DNA from: Gracilinanus agilis
Taxonomy: Eukaryota
Reading direction: 5' to 3'
NCBI RefSeq assembly: GCF_016433145.1
Contig: NC_058133.1
Location: 35,214,492 to 35,278,491 of the forward strand
DNA length: 64,000 nucleotides
This document shows positions 1 through 10,800 of this stretch, piece by piece. The notes under the pieces were generated by a model. That model was not told the origin of the DNA. It saw only the letters and a list, made by a program, of their open reading frames with translations, and searched no databases. Made by a program: the position numbers and the translations under genes. Position 1 is the stretch's first letter. Every line of letters begins with the position of its first letter.

Positions 1-94
1 CGCGACACTCCCAGAGGCCACTGTCCGTGGGGCTCACGGGCGGCACCTGGAACTCCGACGTGGTCTTGTCCACTTCCATGATGGCTTTGGATGG
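1..94 (-). CDS. TIE1: TIE1 exon 9, partial (Ig-like domain 3; continues off the window)
   Basis: Acceptor ccccAG at 95-96. Phase 0. Reads PSKAIMEVDKTTSEFQVPPVSPTDSGLWECR, like human STKAIVEPEKTTAEFEVPRLVLADSGFWECR. Confidence 0.95.
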
Positions 95-249
95 CTGGGG
101 AGCGGTCATGGGATGCTTGGTTAGCACACAGACAGAGGCGTGTATTCACAGCCCATATCCAGGAGAGGCAGCCCGGGAGAGTGCAGGGGACGATCCAGGC
201 TAGCTCTCATTTTATGAAGAAGAGCATGGACGAAGCCCTCCCCCGAGGG

Positions 250-278
250 GTGCGTGCGTGTGTGCGTGTGTGTGCGTG

Positions 279-310
<32 letters not shown>
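250..310. repeat. (TG)n / (TGTGCG)n microsatellite
   Basis: Directly visible, in TIE1 intron 8. Confidence 0.95.
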
Positions 311-739
311 AAGGGGAAGGAGTTTTGTGATGCTGACATTTGCCAGAATAGGGGCTTAGGCTGAGGGCAAAGTGGACATGAGGCCAGCCAAGGACTGACC
401 AGAAGGCTAAGAAAGTGGTCAGTGGGTCACAGGATTAGAGCATCATCTATCTAGGAAGGAAAGCATCGGCCCCAACCCTGTCCCTTTACAGAGGAGAACA
501 CTGAGGCCCAGGGAAAAGGAAGTGACTTGCCCAAGGTCTTGTGGGCAGTAGACATCTGAGGGGGGATTTAAACTGGGCTCCTCTGCCCCTGGAGCCCAGG
601 CTCTTTCCATTCATTGCCCCAGGCTATCCGCAGTGGTTCAGAAGATGTCAGGATGGGGTCCCGGTGGACCAACCATGAAGACAAACGGGGAGGTTCAAGA
701 CCACAGAGGATAGTTGGAGGGACGAGGACGGGGGCTGAC

Positions 740-885
740 CATAAAGACAGTGCCGTCAGGTCTTTGTAGCTCCATGCTGCCCCGTACAGGAGGCGGGTTC
801 CCTGTCGCCGCACAGCTGACCACAGGCTTGGCTCCCACGTTGAAGTCCAGCTCTGAGGCCATGTTCACGATCTCTGGGATTCGAT
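740..885 (-). CDS. TIE1: TIE1 exon 8 (146 nt)
   Basis: ctcAG|ATCGA...TTTATG|GTcag. Reads DRIPEIVNMASELDFNVGAKPVVSCAATGNPPPVRGSMELQRPDGTVFM. Confidence 0.96.
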
Positions 886-1075
886 CTGAGGGTGGAGGAG
901 ATACTCAGAGCTCGTAGCCACCCAAGGACCCATGGAGAGGCCAGGACGTGGCTGAGACATGGCAGAGCACATGGCTGTCCCAAGACTGTGCAGCCCACCC
1001 GTGACCCCCAGGACCCTCCCCTGGCCTGCCTTGTCTGCCCTAGCCCCTCATTCCTCCTCTCAAGCCCTCTCAGAC

Positions 1076-1204
1076 CTGATTTCTCGCAGTGTTCCCCGTG
1101 CCATCCTGAGGGGCAGACGCAGCCACTGAATCGGTCGCAGGTGCCTCCATTCTGGCATCGGCACTGCAGGTAACAGGACGCCCCAAACCAGCCAGGGGCA
1201 CAGG
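1076..1204 (-). CDS. TIE1: TIE1 exon 7 (129 nt, EGF-like 3)
   Basis: AG/GT flanked. Reads ACAPGWFGASCYLQCRCQNGGTCDRFSGCVCPSGWHGEHCEKS. Confidence 0.97.
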
Positions 1205-1653
1205 CTGAGGGGACGGGGGAACATTAGCCAAGCAGACAGAGGGCATACGGGTCAAGGAGGGAGGAAGAAAGGGAGAACGGGCAGATGAAGGGGGCACCGG
1301 CTGGGAAAGGATGGAGTGGGCACAGGCAGGAGGGGGCAGACCGAGGCCATACAGCCAGCTTCTGCAGGAAGATTTCCTGCGTCCCTGGCAGCCGAGGAGT
1401 CTTCCCCTCTACAGTGACCGTCTTTTCTGCAAGTATATCATATGGACCCCTTCTCTCCATTAGAATGGAAGCTTCTGGAGGACAGGCAGTCTCTGTGTCT
1501 GCCTTTCTCTGACCTCTCAGCCCTTAGCAGTAGCCTGGGAGGGTGAAGTGGGCAGGGGAAAGAGGAGTCCTCTAGCCTGGGGGATGGGGTGGCTCTGGGC
1601 AGTTAGGATGGTCAGATTGTCAGGCAACATCGACAGAACCAGCAGTTACCTAC

Positions 1654-1794
1654 CTTCCTGGCACTGGCTACCACCCCAGCCAGCCCCACAGGAGCAACCA
1701 TAGGGGTCTGGGAGGCAGAAGGTGAGGCCACGGCAACGGGATGTACCTGGACACTGCTGCTGACAGCCTTGACCGAAGCGGCCTTCTCTGCAGG
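1654..1794 (-). CDS. TIE1: TIE1 exon 6 (141 nt, EGF-like 2)
   Basis: cccAG|CCTGC...GAAG|GTagg. Reads ACREGRFGQGCQQQCPGTSRCRGLTFCLPDPYGCSCGAGWGGSQCQE. Confidence 0.97.
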
Positions 1795-2043
1795 CTGGGA
1801 TAGGCAAGTGTATCTGTGATACTCTGACCCTGTGCCCCAGGAACCCTCTCAGGACTTCCTGAGCCTCCCCACTATCTCCCGACCCTTTTTCTGGGCCATA
1901 TGACAGCCCCTACCCTTAACCTACCCTTTGCCCCTTCCCTGAGACCTGGCCCTGTTCCAGCCCTACCCCCCCTCCCAAATGCTGTGCCCCCAGCCCTCCG
2001 GGATCCTGTCACCCCGCTCCATCTTGATGCACGGACGCCTTAC

Positions 2044-2175
2044 CCTGCTCACAGCGGGTGCCTGTGAAGCCAGGGGGACACACACACTCGCCATTCTGGT
2101 CATGGCAAATGCCACCATGCAGGCAGCTCGGACAGTCCTTGGCACAGCCTGGCCCCCATCGCCCTGCGCCGCAAC
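2044..2175 (-). CDS. TIE1: TIE1 exon 5 (132 nt, EGF-like 1)
   Basis: Reads GCGAGRWGPGCAKDCPSCLHGGICHDQNGECVCPPGFTGTRCEQ. ccAG acceptor, GTaagg donor. Confidence 0.97.
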
Positions 2176-2318
2176 CTGGAGGAGAGAAGTTGCCAGCTAG
2201 ATCTGCCTCCCTCCCCCAGTGCCCATGCCCATTAGCTTCGTGCATTGCCCAGCCTGTGTTCTTCACCCACCCCAGCTCTGCCCCCACCCCTTGATGCTCC
2301 ATTCATGCCAGCTCTGAC

Positions 2319-2474
2319 CTCGGACAATGACCCTGAAGAAGGCACTGGCCAGGGGGTTGCCCTGCAGGTAGGTGGCACTGTAGATGCCCCCGTCAGAGGC
2401 CCTCAGGTTTGGAAGCTGCATGGTGAATTTCCCATCCCGGGCCTCATGCCAGTCCAGGGTATAGAAGTAGGAGC
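2319..2474 (-). CDS. TIE1: TIE1 exon 4 (156 nt, Ig-like 2)
   Basis: Reads GSYFYTLDWHEARDGKFTMQLPNLRASDGGIYSATYLQGNPLASAFFRVIVR. AG/GT flanked. Confidence 0.97.
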
Positions 2475-4677
2475 CTGGGAAGGAGATAAAGAAGAGGAAA
2501 GTGGGGGGTGCCCAGTCAGGACCCGCCATCCTTGCCCCCTGCTCCGGCCAGCCCATGCCCAGGCTTCCGTGTAAGGTTCCTTTCTGCTTGAGTCCCCGGG
2601 CTATCTCGGGGCTCAGAGCAGAGGACGGCCCTCGGGGATTGGGGGGTTAGTTTGCTTCTGTTTTCGCTTCAGTGCCCCATTCCCCAAGCGGTTCTCCCTC
2701 CTAGCATGAGCTAAAAGCAAGCTTCATCAAGGCCTTTCACCTTCAATGCTGACTGAGGGTAGCGACACAGACACACACACCACCCTGAGGAGCCCCCAGG
2801 CCCAGGCGAGGGTGGGCATGCCCTCCAGGGAGGGGGTGAGGAGGCAGAAAGGGGAGATGGCACAGCAGCGTGGGTTGCCCATTGCTATAGTGTAGTCTTG
2901 CCGGGGATGTGCCCATTCTAGGAGCTGAGGTGGTCTGGAGGAGAGGGAGAATTACGGAGGGGAATGGGATGGGGGGGTGCTTAGGAAGAGCCTGGGGGTG
3001 CTACGCTATTTGGACAAGTGAACACGTTTATTCTGGAGAAGCCGAAGGGGCCAAGTATGTGAAGGGTCTCTGGAGCAGGGGTTAAACCTGCCCTACTCAG
3101 TCCTTTCAGAGGGCAGAGCCAGAAGTCCTGGGGGGAACTGGAGGGAGGTACGCCGAGTCTGGGGCTGCCTCTAGAGGATAGGGGAGCAGAGGCTGCTTTC
3201 ATGTCTTGTCAGGAATATTGAAGGGGAAGCAGTATTCTGCCAAGGACTATGGCGGTGGGGCGCCGGGGGAGCAGAGCAGGGACTGGCAGGCTGACTGAGG
3301 CAAAGGCCCTACCTGAATGAGGAAGGATAAGTGGGAGCTATGGGCTTCTGGATATCCAAGGTCAGCCCTCCGACTAGAGAAGGAATCAGATGCAGAGGGC
3401 CCCGGTGGGTGGGTGGGTGTCCCAGTACGCCAGAGCAGGAGGGCAAACAGGAAGGGACCATCTGAATTGTGGGCCCCAGATCTATGGCATTGGGGGACTG
3501 GCTCTGGCTCGTCTCAGGACAGTGAGGAAAGAGGTGTGGGCACAGGGAGAGGCCAGGGGGAGCCCCTAATCAGACAGATGTGAGCTCGTGCTGGGTGCCT
3601 GGAAGTCAACGGGACAAGCTTGCTATATTTGCTGTCTCCCTCGCCAGCTCCTAGCTTCTGTGGCTGAGTGCCCCGGGCTTCTGGCTCCTAAATGGGCTCA
3701 GAGGCAGCTTGAGCTTGTCTGGAGCAGAACGTGCCCGGCTTGCAGCCACTAAGGCCAGGGCGATGTCTAAACTCTGTCCCACAGCCTGTCCAGGGCTGAA
3801 CAAAGCTTGGCCAGTGGGATGGAATTGGGGCTTTCCCAATCTCCGTTTCTCAGATGCCTTCCCACCAGAGAACAAAATGGCAGACAGATTCTTCCCAGGT
3901 TACGCAATAACCAAGTGGCATGGCTGTAATGGGGAAGGATGGATGCGTAGTAACCCTCCTCCCCTGGTGGTGGCTGGGAGGTCATGTCTGTCCCTCACAG
4001 GCCATCCCAGGGACTAGCCAGCGGCTCTTTCCTCCACTCTGACCCAGCTGTTTGGGGACGGTTTGCTCAGCTCTCCAGCAGTTTAGTCAGCTCTCATCCC
4101 TGGCTTTGTCAGGTCACGCTGGGACGCCAGCGTGGTCCAGATGGGGCCCACTCCCAGATGGCCACCGCTCCCGGAAAAAGGAAGCCTTCCTTTGGCCCAG
4201 CTTACCGGTTTCCTTTTCTGTCCCCTGACCCGTGTGGTTCCTGTCTCCTTCTCTGACACTTTTTTAGTAACTCACTGGTTCTCACTTCTGCTTTCCTGTC
4301 CATTCACCTTCTGATCCCCCAGCTCTGGCCAGTGAGGGTCCCTGACCAGATAGGATTGTCACCAGGAAAGTGCTTTGTAAAGCATGAATGTGACGTGTTC
4401 TCGCAGGGGGAAGCAGGGCCAGAGATGAGGACACAAAGATGACGAGACATGGTGCCTACCCGAGAGGTATCCATAATCTCAGACAGGAGATGAAGCCTGG
4501 GCACACATAACTCCTGGACGAGGGAGGGTGGCTGGGAGGAAGAGCAGGCTTGGAGGGAGGGGTGTGTGGGGTGCTCAGGAAACATCTGCAAGGGGCTAAC
4601 AAGTAGGGCAGGAGGACCGAGCCAAAGACTTAGGAGTTATATACACTAAGGGCATGGACAAAGGGCAAAGGCTTGTG

Positions 4678-4900
4678 GGGGCAGCTAGATGGTGCAGTGA
4701 ATAGAAAACTGGACCTCCAACTAGGAAGAGCGGAGTTCAAATTTCACCTCAGACATCTACTAGCTATATGACTCTAGGCAAGTCACTTTGTCTGTGTCTC
4801 TTAGTTTTCTTATCTGTAAAATGAGGATAATAACAGCATCTACTTTCTAAAGATATCATAAAGATAAAATGAGATGATATATGTAAAATTCTATATAACT
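4678..4900 (+). mobile_element. MIR/Mar1 CORE-SINE
   Basis: ggggcagctagatggtgcagtg head, agttcaaat B-box, gcaagtcactt...tctgtaaaatgaggataata core. Confidence 0.85.
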
Positions 4901-5029
4901 GTTGATTATTATTATTATTATTATTAGCAGAGATGAAGGAGTTCTTAGAGGGGAGAGGCTAACGATGTAGGAGAGAGTGATAAGAAAAGCTTGGGGTCCA
5001 TTCTTGTTTCTGCTTTATCTGTCCCTACT

Positions 5030-5800
5030 CCCTGGCTGTGGAGTTTTGCTTGGCTGCGTCACAAACATCTGAATTCCCTCTCTGCAGGTCCGTATTGACA
5101 ACTTCTCTGGGGCCCTCACCACTGTGTGGCAATCCAGCTAACCTTGTTGCCTTCTTTCCTTCCCTCGTCCTCCACAGCATCTACTCCCAAGCTTCTCCTC
5201 TTTCCTCACTTCCCCATCTGTGTTCTTTCCTGCTTCCCTTCATCCTTTTCTTCTCTCTATATACTGTTTCACTTGGTGATCTCATCAGCTCCTATGGATT
5301 CAATTATCTCTGTACAGTGCAGACAACTCTCAGATTGATTTGCCCAGCCTTAACCTCTCTCCCAGCCTCTGACTGCCCCTTGGACATCTCAAACAAGATG
5401 TCTGCAAGACATCTTAAACTGGACATGTCCAGAAATAAACTCATTCCTTTTCTCCTCAAGCTCTTCCCTATTATTGTGGAGGATACCATCATCCTCTCGG
5501 GCCCCCCAACCTAGGTGGGTGTCATCCTCAACTCCTCACTCTCTCATCCTCCTATGTCCAGTCAATTGTGAAGTCCAGTCATTTCTGCCTTTGCAACATT
5601 TCTGATATATGCCTCCTTCTCTCTGCTTACAGAGAAGTGCCACGGCTCTGGTATAGTTCCTTATGTTCTCATATCTGGACTATTGCATTAACCTGCTGGG
5701 TGGTCTCCCTGCCTCCCGCCTCTCCCCATTCTAATCCGTCCTTTACTCAGCTGTCAAAATGACCCTCCTAAAATGTAGATCTGACCCTATCATCCCCCTA
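5030..5800 (+). mobile_element. L2 LINE 3' ORF2 remnant
   Basis: Typical L2 text (ggacatctcaaac...catcttaaactggacatgtcc...ctcattcc; ccatcatcctc). Boundaries approximate. Confidence 0.75.
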
Positions 5801-6134
5801 TTATCTCCAGCCTCCTCTTGGGCTCTGACCCCGTCCCCCTCCTATTGCCTCCAGTACCCTGCCCCAGGGCTCATCCCTTTGCCTTCCCAGATTTCCAACG
5901 TCTCTCTCTTCAAGGCCTCCTCATTTGCTTAGAAATGTGTTCAAGCCTCCCAGGTCCTTAGGAACCCTAACCACCCTTTCATGCCTTCCAGCTCCGAGTG
6001 CTGAGTTCAAAGGGAAGCCTTGTGCCTTCAGAGCTAACAGGGAGGGATCCAGAATGAGAGACAGGGCACGCTGGCTTTAGGTCTCTTCCACCAGGGCAGG
6101 GCAGGGGATACTACTGGGTACCATACGTCTGGAT

Positions 6135-6335
6135 GTCAGCAAGGCACTTGGCCAAGTCTCCCATGACCTCCCAAGATGGAGAAGGAGCTGGAAGATGGCA
6201 TAGCAAGAGGGACTGAATGGGGAGTCATTATTGGGTCTGTGTTAGCATGGTGCAGAAAGTCTCCAGTGGCGTTCCCTGGACATCTGTGTGGATTCCCACG
6301 CTAGTTAACATTTTTATCAATGACTTGAATGAAGT
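6135..6335 (+). mobile_element. CR1/L3 LINE RT fragment
   Basis: Translates VSSGVPWTSVWIPTLVNIFINDLNE, resembling the CR1 motif [24 protein letters not shown]. Confidence 0.75.
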
Positions 6336-6719
6336 TTGGAGGCTCCCTCAGAGAAGGAAGTCTGTGGAGGACATGAAGCCAGGAAGGATCAATAAGGGGG
6401 GACACACTGTGACAGAGTCCAGACCCACCAAAAGGCGAGAGACCTCAGGCTGTATGGCAAGGCCCCTGGAGAAGCACAGAGTCGGGGAAAGGGGTGGTGA
6501 TTCAGGGTTGAGCCGTCCTGGGGACCTGGATTCTGGGGTGAGGGTGAGCTCAAGGGCATGGATGAAATGGCTCAGCCAAGGAAGTGAGAACAAAAGAGGC
6601 ATGTGTGTATGTGCACGTATAGCGTATGTGTGTGCACACATGTGTGTTGTATGTGTGTTGTATGGTATGCACGTGTGGGTGAATAGAAGAGGGGAGGGTT
6701 GGGAACACAAAGGAGGCAG

Positions 6720-6795
6720 CATTGATGATCATGATGAAGATGATGGTGATGAAGGTGATGATGATGAAGATGATGGTGGAGATGGTAGTGATAAG
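6720..6795. repeat. (GAT/GGT)n imperfect trinucleotide repeat
   Basis: gatgatcatgatgaagatgatggtgatgaaggtgatgatgatgaagatgatggtggagatggtagtgat. Confidence 0.9.
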
Positions 6796-7534
6796 TCATT
6801 TTATTTGAGAGCAGATCTGGCGTGTCACTGGTAAAGGGAATTTCCAAGGAGAAGATTCTCTCCACTGAGGAAGAACAGCCCCCCCTTTAGCGTCTTGGCG
6901 TTACTTGCCGGGGGCCCTGAGGCAACTTGCTAAAACTCGCCCAGCCACTTAGGTGTTAGAGGGAGGGCTGGAGGCCAGGTCTGCCTGGCTCTAACCATTG
7001 CCCCGTGCTGCCCCTACAGCAATGGCTGATGCCTGGGTCACAAGCAACCCTCATGAAGTGGATGGTTGTACTCTGGTTATTCCTGTTTTATAAATGAGTT
7101 CACTGATGCTCAGACGGGTGAAAGGACTTTCCCAAAGTTGCACAGAGGCTGAGGGGCAGAGCTGGGCCTTGAACCCAGGGCCAGAGCCATATGACTGGAC
7201 AAATTCAAGAAGAGAAGCATGGAGAATGGTGGTCAAGGAAGAGTGTGGGAGCCTTCCAGAACCGATGGGATGACAAGTCAGGATGTGGTAGCTGAAGCCC
7301 ATGAGGAGGATAGGGGCCCGCAGGGCACGCTAACAGACTGAGCCTGGCGCCCACTTGGAGGGAAGAAGGGAGGGTTTGAAAGCCAAGGAGGAGGCTTGAA
7401 AGCTAAGAAGGAGGCTCGAATGAGGAGACATTTGAAAGAAGGACAGGTTTCCAAGAGATGGTGCCAGAGTATGGGTCTCCCAGGGGTGATGGAGGCAAGG
7501 ATGCCGGCCCTTCCCATTGGCCACAGTTGTTTGC

Positions 7535-7535
<1 letters not shown>

Positions 7536-7598
<63 letters not shown>
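7536..7598. repeat. (TG)~31 microsatellite
   Basis: Pure TG run in TIE1 intron 3. Confidence 0.97.
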
Positions 7599-7600
<2 letters not shown>

Positions 7601-8803
7601 CAGGGGGGTATGGAGGCTAGTGTGCGGAGTTGGGACAAGGAGATGCCAGGAGAGGTGGAGGAGATGACTCCCAAGAGAACAGGGCCACAAGTCTGAGGTG
7701 AGGCGGGTGGAGACACAGGCCAGCTGCAACAGGGCTGTCTGCAGTGAGATGCTGGGGGTGGGTTGGGGTGGTCTGAGTGCCAGGAGAAGGAGGGAGGCTA
7801 TGGTAAAGAAGGCAGAGAGAACAGCTAGTAGGGAGTCTTGGGGAGGAGAAATACCAGACCAGAGTGGCCTTCCCCTGCCTCCATATTGTCCCAGTCCCAC
7901 TGAAGCCAGGCTAATGCTCCTAAAATCTCATGCGCACCCTGACAAATCCTGCAGCTTTCCACCTAGGCACCTGGCTTGGGATACTTCTTTTTTGGCATTC
8001 CCCGCACTCTCCAGGGGCCAGCCCCAATGCTGCTTCCTCCTCTGTGAGGCCAACCCTGATTTCCCCAGCTCAGAATATTCCCTCCCTCCTCTGGCTTCTG
8101 TCATCCACTTCGCTGGAGGATGGATATCTGAGCCCATAAGCCCATCTTCCTATTAAGTGGTAAGCTCACCCAGGTCAGGGCCCATCTTATTCATTGATGT
8201 TTCCCTCACCCCCTTCTCTATCTCCCTCAGTGCCCAGCATCAGAACTTGCAAATGAAGGGGGGCAGGAAAATCTGCTGGGGCAGATGGAATACCAAGAGC
8301 CTGCCTGTCCTCCAGATATACCCGAGCAAGTGCCCAGATGTGGGGAAACTGTCTTCCTGGAGCCTTCTCTCTGGCTTAGCTGGAGCTTAAACTCTGTGGA
8401 AGAGAACACCATGACCCAGCTGGACAGGGCAGTGGTGCCACAGGGTGGAGGGCCTTGAATGTCAGGCCAATGAATCCAAAATCTCTCTAGGAAACAGGGT
8501 ACAATGGAGAGACTGACTGACCAGCTAAGAGTGTGAGGAAGGTCAGTTAAGTCTGGCACTGAGCGGGGATGAGGGAAAGCCAGGAACTGTTAGTGCTGGA
8601 GTGGGTTGGCCCCTCTTTGTAGAATCCCAGGACGTGGAAGGGCCCTTCGATGTTGCCCAGGCCAGCCTTCTCATTTTACACACTGGAAAACTGAGGCCCA
8701 GGAAGGCCCAAGGAGGGGGCAGGAATGTCAAAGGCCATACAGAGTCTGACACGTGCATGTTTGTTTGGTGGTAGATGTGCGTGGGATGGGGGAGAGCACT
8801 CAC

Positions 8804-8914
8804 CATTACTTTTCCAGATGACGTCCACTTGCTTTTCTGTGCGGACTCGAGCGGACAGCGTAGCTGTGTCCCCAGCATTCACGGTGTGAGTCACCTTGTC
8901 TGGGAGCAGGTGGG
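8804..8914 (-). CDS. TIE1: TIE1 exon 3 (111 nt)
   Basis: ctcAG|CCCAC...AATG|GTgagt. Reads AHLLPDKVTHTVNAGDTATLSARVRTEKQVDVIWKSN. Confidence 0.97.
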
Positions 8915-9008
8915 CTGAGAGCCCAGGGTGAGGTCAGGAGGGAGGTCTGGCCAGCATCGGCCCCAAGCCCCCATTTTAGCCCTCTCCACACCCCCTGTTT
9001 CAGCTTAC

Positions 9009-9326
9009 CCCCAGGACTATTGTGTACATAGATTACACGTGTGCGCCGGGCCCCAGTCCCGCCGATGCAGGAAAACACACCAACGAGGTCGGAGGGCTGG
9101 GAAAAGCCTCGAAGGGTGATGTGACGAGATCCGTTCCTTGTAGAGTGGAGGGGTTGTCGGGGTGGGAAGGCCCGAACAATTCGGTCATCCTTCTCCAGAA
9201 GCAGCGGAGGGTCCCAGACATCTAGGCCCCGCCCTGCCCCGGGCTCCCCAGACACACAGGTCAGAAAAAAACGTTGGGGGTCTGTGAGGCGAAGGTCCGC
9301 CAGCAGGGTAAGGTCCATGGCTGCGC
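9009..9326 (-). CDS. TIE1: TIE1 exon 2 (318 nt, Ig-like 1)
   Basis: cctAG|GCGCAGCCATG...GGGG|GTaagc. Reads GAAMDLTLLADLRLTDPQRFFLTCVSGE...RRTRVIYVHNSPG. Confidence 0.98.
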
Positions 9327-9556
9327 CTAGGGTCCGAGACAGGAGACTGAGCCCCTGACCCAGCTGACCCCTACCCTGCCTTCTCACCTTACCCCGATGA
9401 CCAGGACTCTTTCTGAAGGGCCCCAACCACTGGTTGAACCTGATGGACCAGGACCCCATCATCCCCACAGAGCCCAGGCCATCCTCAGCTTCTGCTGAGA
9501 GGGGGCCGACAGGAGAGAAAATAGGCCAGAGGTTTGGTTCTGGGGGTTAGACTTAC

Positions 9557-9608
9557 CTGCATAGGAGGTGAGGAAGATGAGGAGAAGAAGGGGGCCTATT
9601 TGGCCCAT
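9557..9608 (-). CDS. TIE1: TIE1 exon 1 coding part (signal peptide, 52 nt)
   Basis: gccATGG Kozak with an in-frame TAG just upstream. Reads MGQIGPLLLLIFLTSYA+G. CAG|GTAAGT donor; phase 1 matches exon 2. Confidence 0.93.
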
Positions 9609-10260
9609 GGCCTAGAGCTAGTCAGGCCAGGACTCCGGTGTGCGGCCCGATTTGGTTCTGGATGTACAGAAGGCCTTCTTTCTGCTTTCCTTTCGTTCAC
9701 AGGGGGGTTCTGTATTGGTCTAGATCTCTGCCCATCAGTGTGGATGGGTCAGAACGTGTGTGAACACAGAGTGGGTGTGTAGCTGCGCCAGTGAGTGTCT
9801 CTGCCCACCAATGTGTGTGTCTCCATCAGTGGTTGTGGGTCAGTGTGTGTATGTTGATGCTGGTGCCTGGGTTGCTGTGTCCTGGTCCTCCTCTCTGGGC
9901 CCCAGGAGGAAATGAGGCCGCTGGGGCTGGTGGGGTGGGGAGTGAGAGGGGGAAGGGAAGTTGTAGAGGGAGGGTCTGGAACCTCTGAAACCTGGGGTTC
10001 CCTTCCTTTTTCAGGGCCTGCTGGTGTTCCCCATGGCGTAGGGGAAGGGGTTCAGTGCCCAGGCTGGTCAGAAAAACAAGGAGGAACCCCCTAGGACAGC
10101 GGGTACCCTCCAGAGCAGGGGGCACCACGATGCCCCCTCCCTCTCCTTCTCCAGCCGGCCACCCTGCCCCCTCCCAGCCCCTAGGCAGGAAAAGGAGGAA
10201 ACAGGCTGGGCTTCCGACCATTCAGGGGGAGGGATAGGGGCAGGGAGAGGGGGAGGGGAA
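9609..10260 (-). promoter_or_regulatory. TIE1 5'UTR and proximal promoter
   Basis: Position upstream of the ATG. GGAA/ETS cores (e.g. aggaaatg ~9908, ggaggaaac ~10195) and degenerate GT repeats. TSS not determinable. Confidence 0.55.
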
Positions 10261-10479
10261 GAGCCATTGTCCTGGCCCGGGAGGGGGCGGGCAGAATACA
10301 TAGGAGAGTCCACTTCCCTCCCGCCTCAATGCACTGAGGGGCCATTCTCGGGGTTGTCCTCTGGGCCAGCCCAGCTGGGGAGAACGTCCCACACCCTCAC
10401 TCCAGTTCGGGCTGTCAGATACCCCTTCTCCAGCACACCCACAGACACGGACACGCCTCGAACACGGGAGGTGCCCGCT

Positions 10480-10800
10480 AACCACTGGTTCAATGATCAA
10501 TCAGAGCTCTACGGCTACCTGGGGCCCCAAGCAGCAGCGTCTCCCTGGCCCCGCCCACTGCCTCAGGCCCGCCCCTCACTCCTGGCCGGCCATTGGCGGC
10601 CTGGGAGGGTGGGCGGAGCCTTCGCCCCCGCCTCGGCCCAGGTAGGGCTCCGCCCCCAGACCCAGGTAGATCCCTGCCCAGGTAGGACCCCGCCCCCATC
10701 CGTTTGCCCGGAAGTGTGGCTCTGGAGGCGCAGGTACGGCGGTCTCGAGGAGGGGAGGAGAGCTGGGTTCTCCGGCACTTGGTAACGGTACATAGGAGTG
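10480..10800. promoter_or_regulatory. CpG-rich GC-box/ETS promoter-like element between TIE1 and C1orf210
   Basis: About six GC boxes (CCGCCC/GGGCGG), ATTGG ~10592, CCGGAAGTG ~10708, + donor CAG|GTACGG ~10733, - donor CAG|GTAGCC ~10518. Confidence 0.65.

Noticed and set aside
91-339. ORFs with CVCV/HTHT runs (also 7330-7900, 10563-11094)
   Set aside because: Translations of TG microsatellites.
6217-6834. 205-aa ORF with an acidic tail
   Set aside because: Chimera of a CR1 fragment, a GT repeat and a GAT repeat, antisense in a TIE1 intron.
8806-9468. 220-aa ORF as a standalone gene
   Set aside because: It is TIE1 exon 2 read through its flanking introns.
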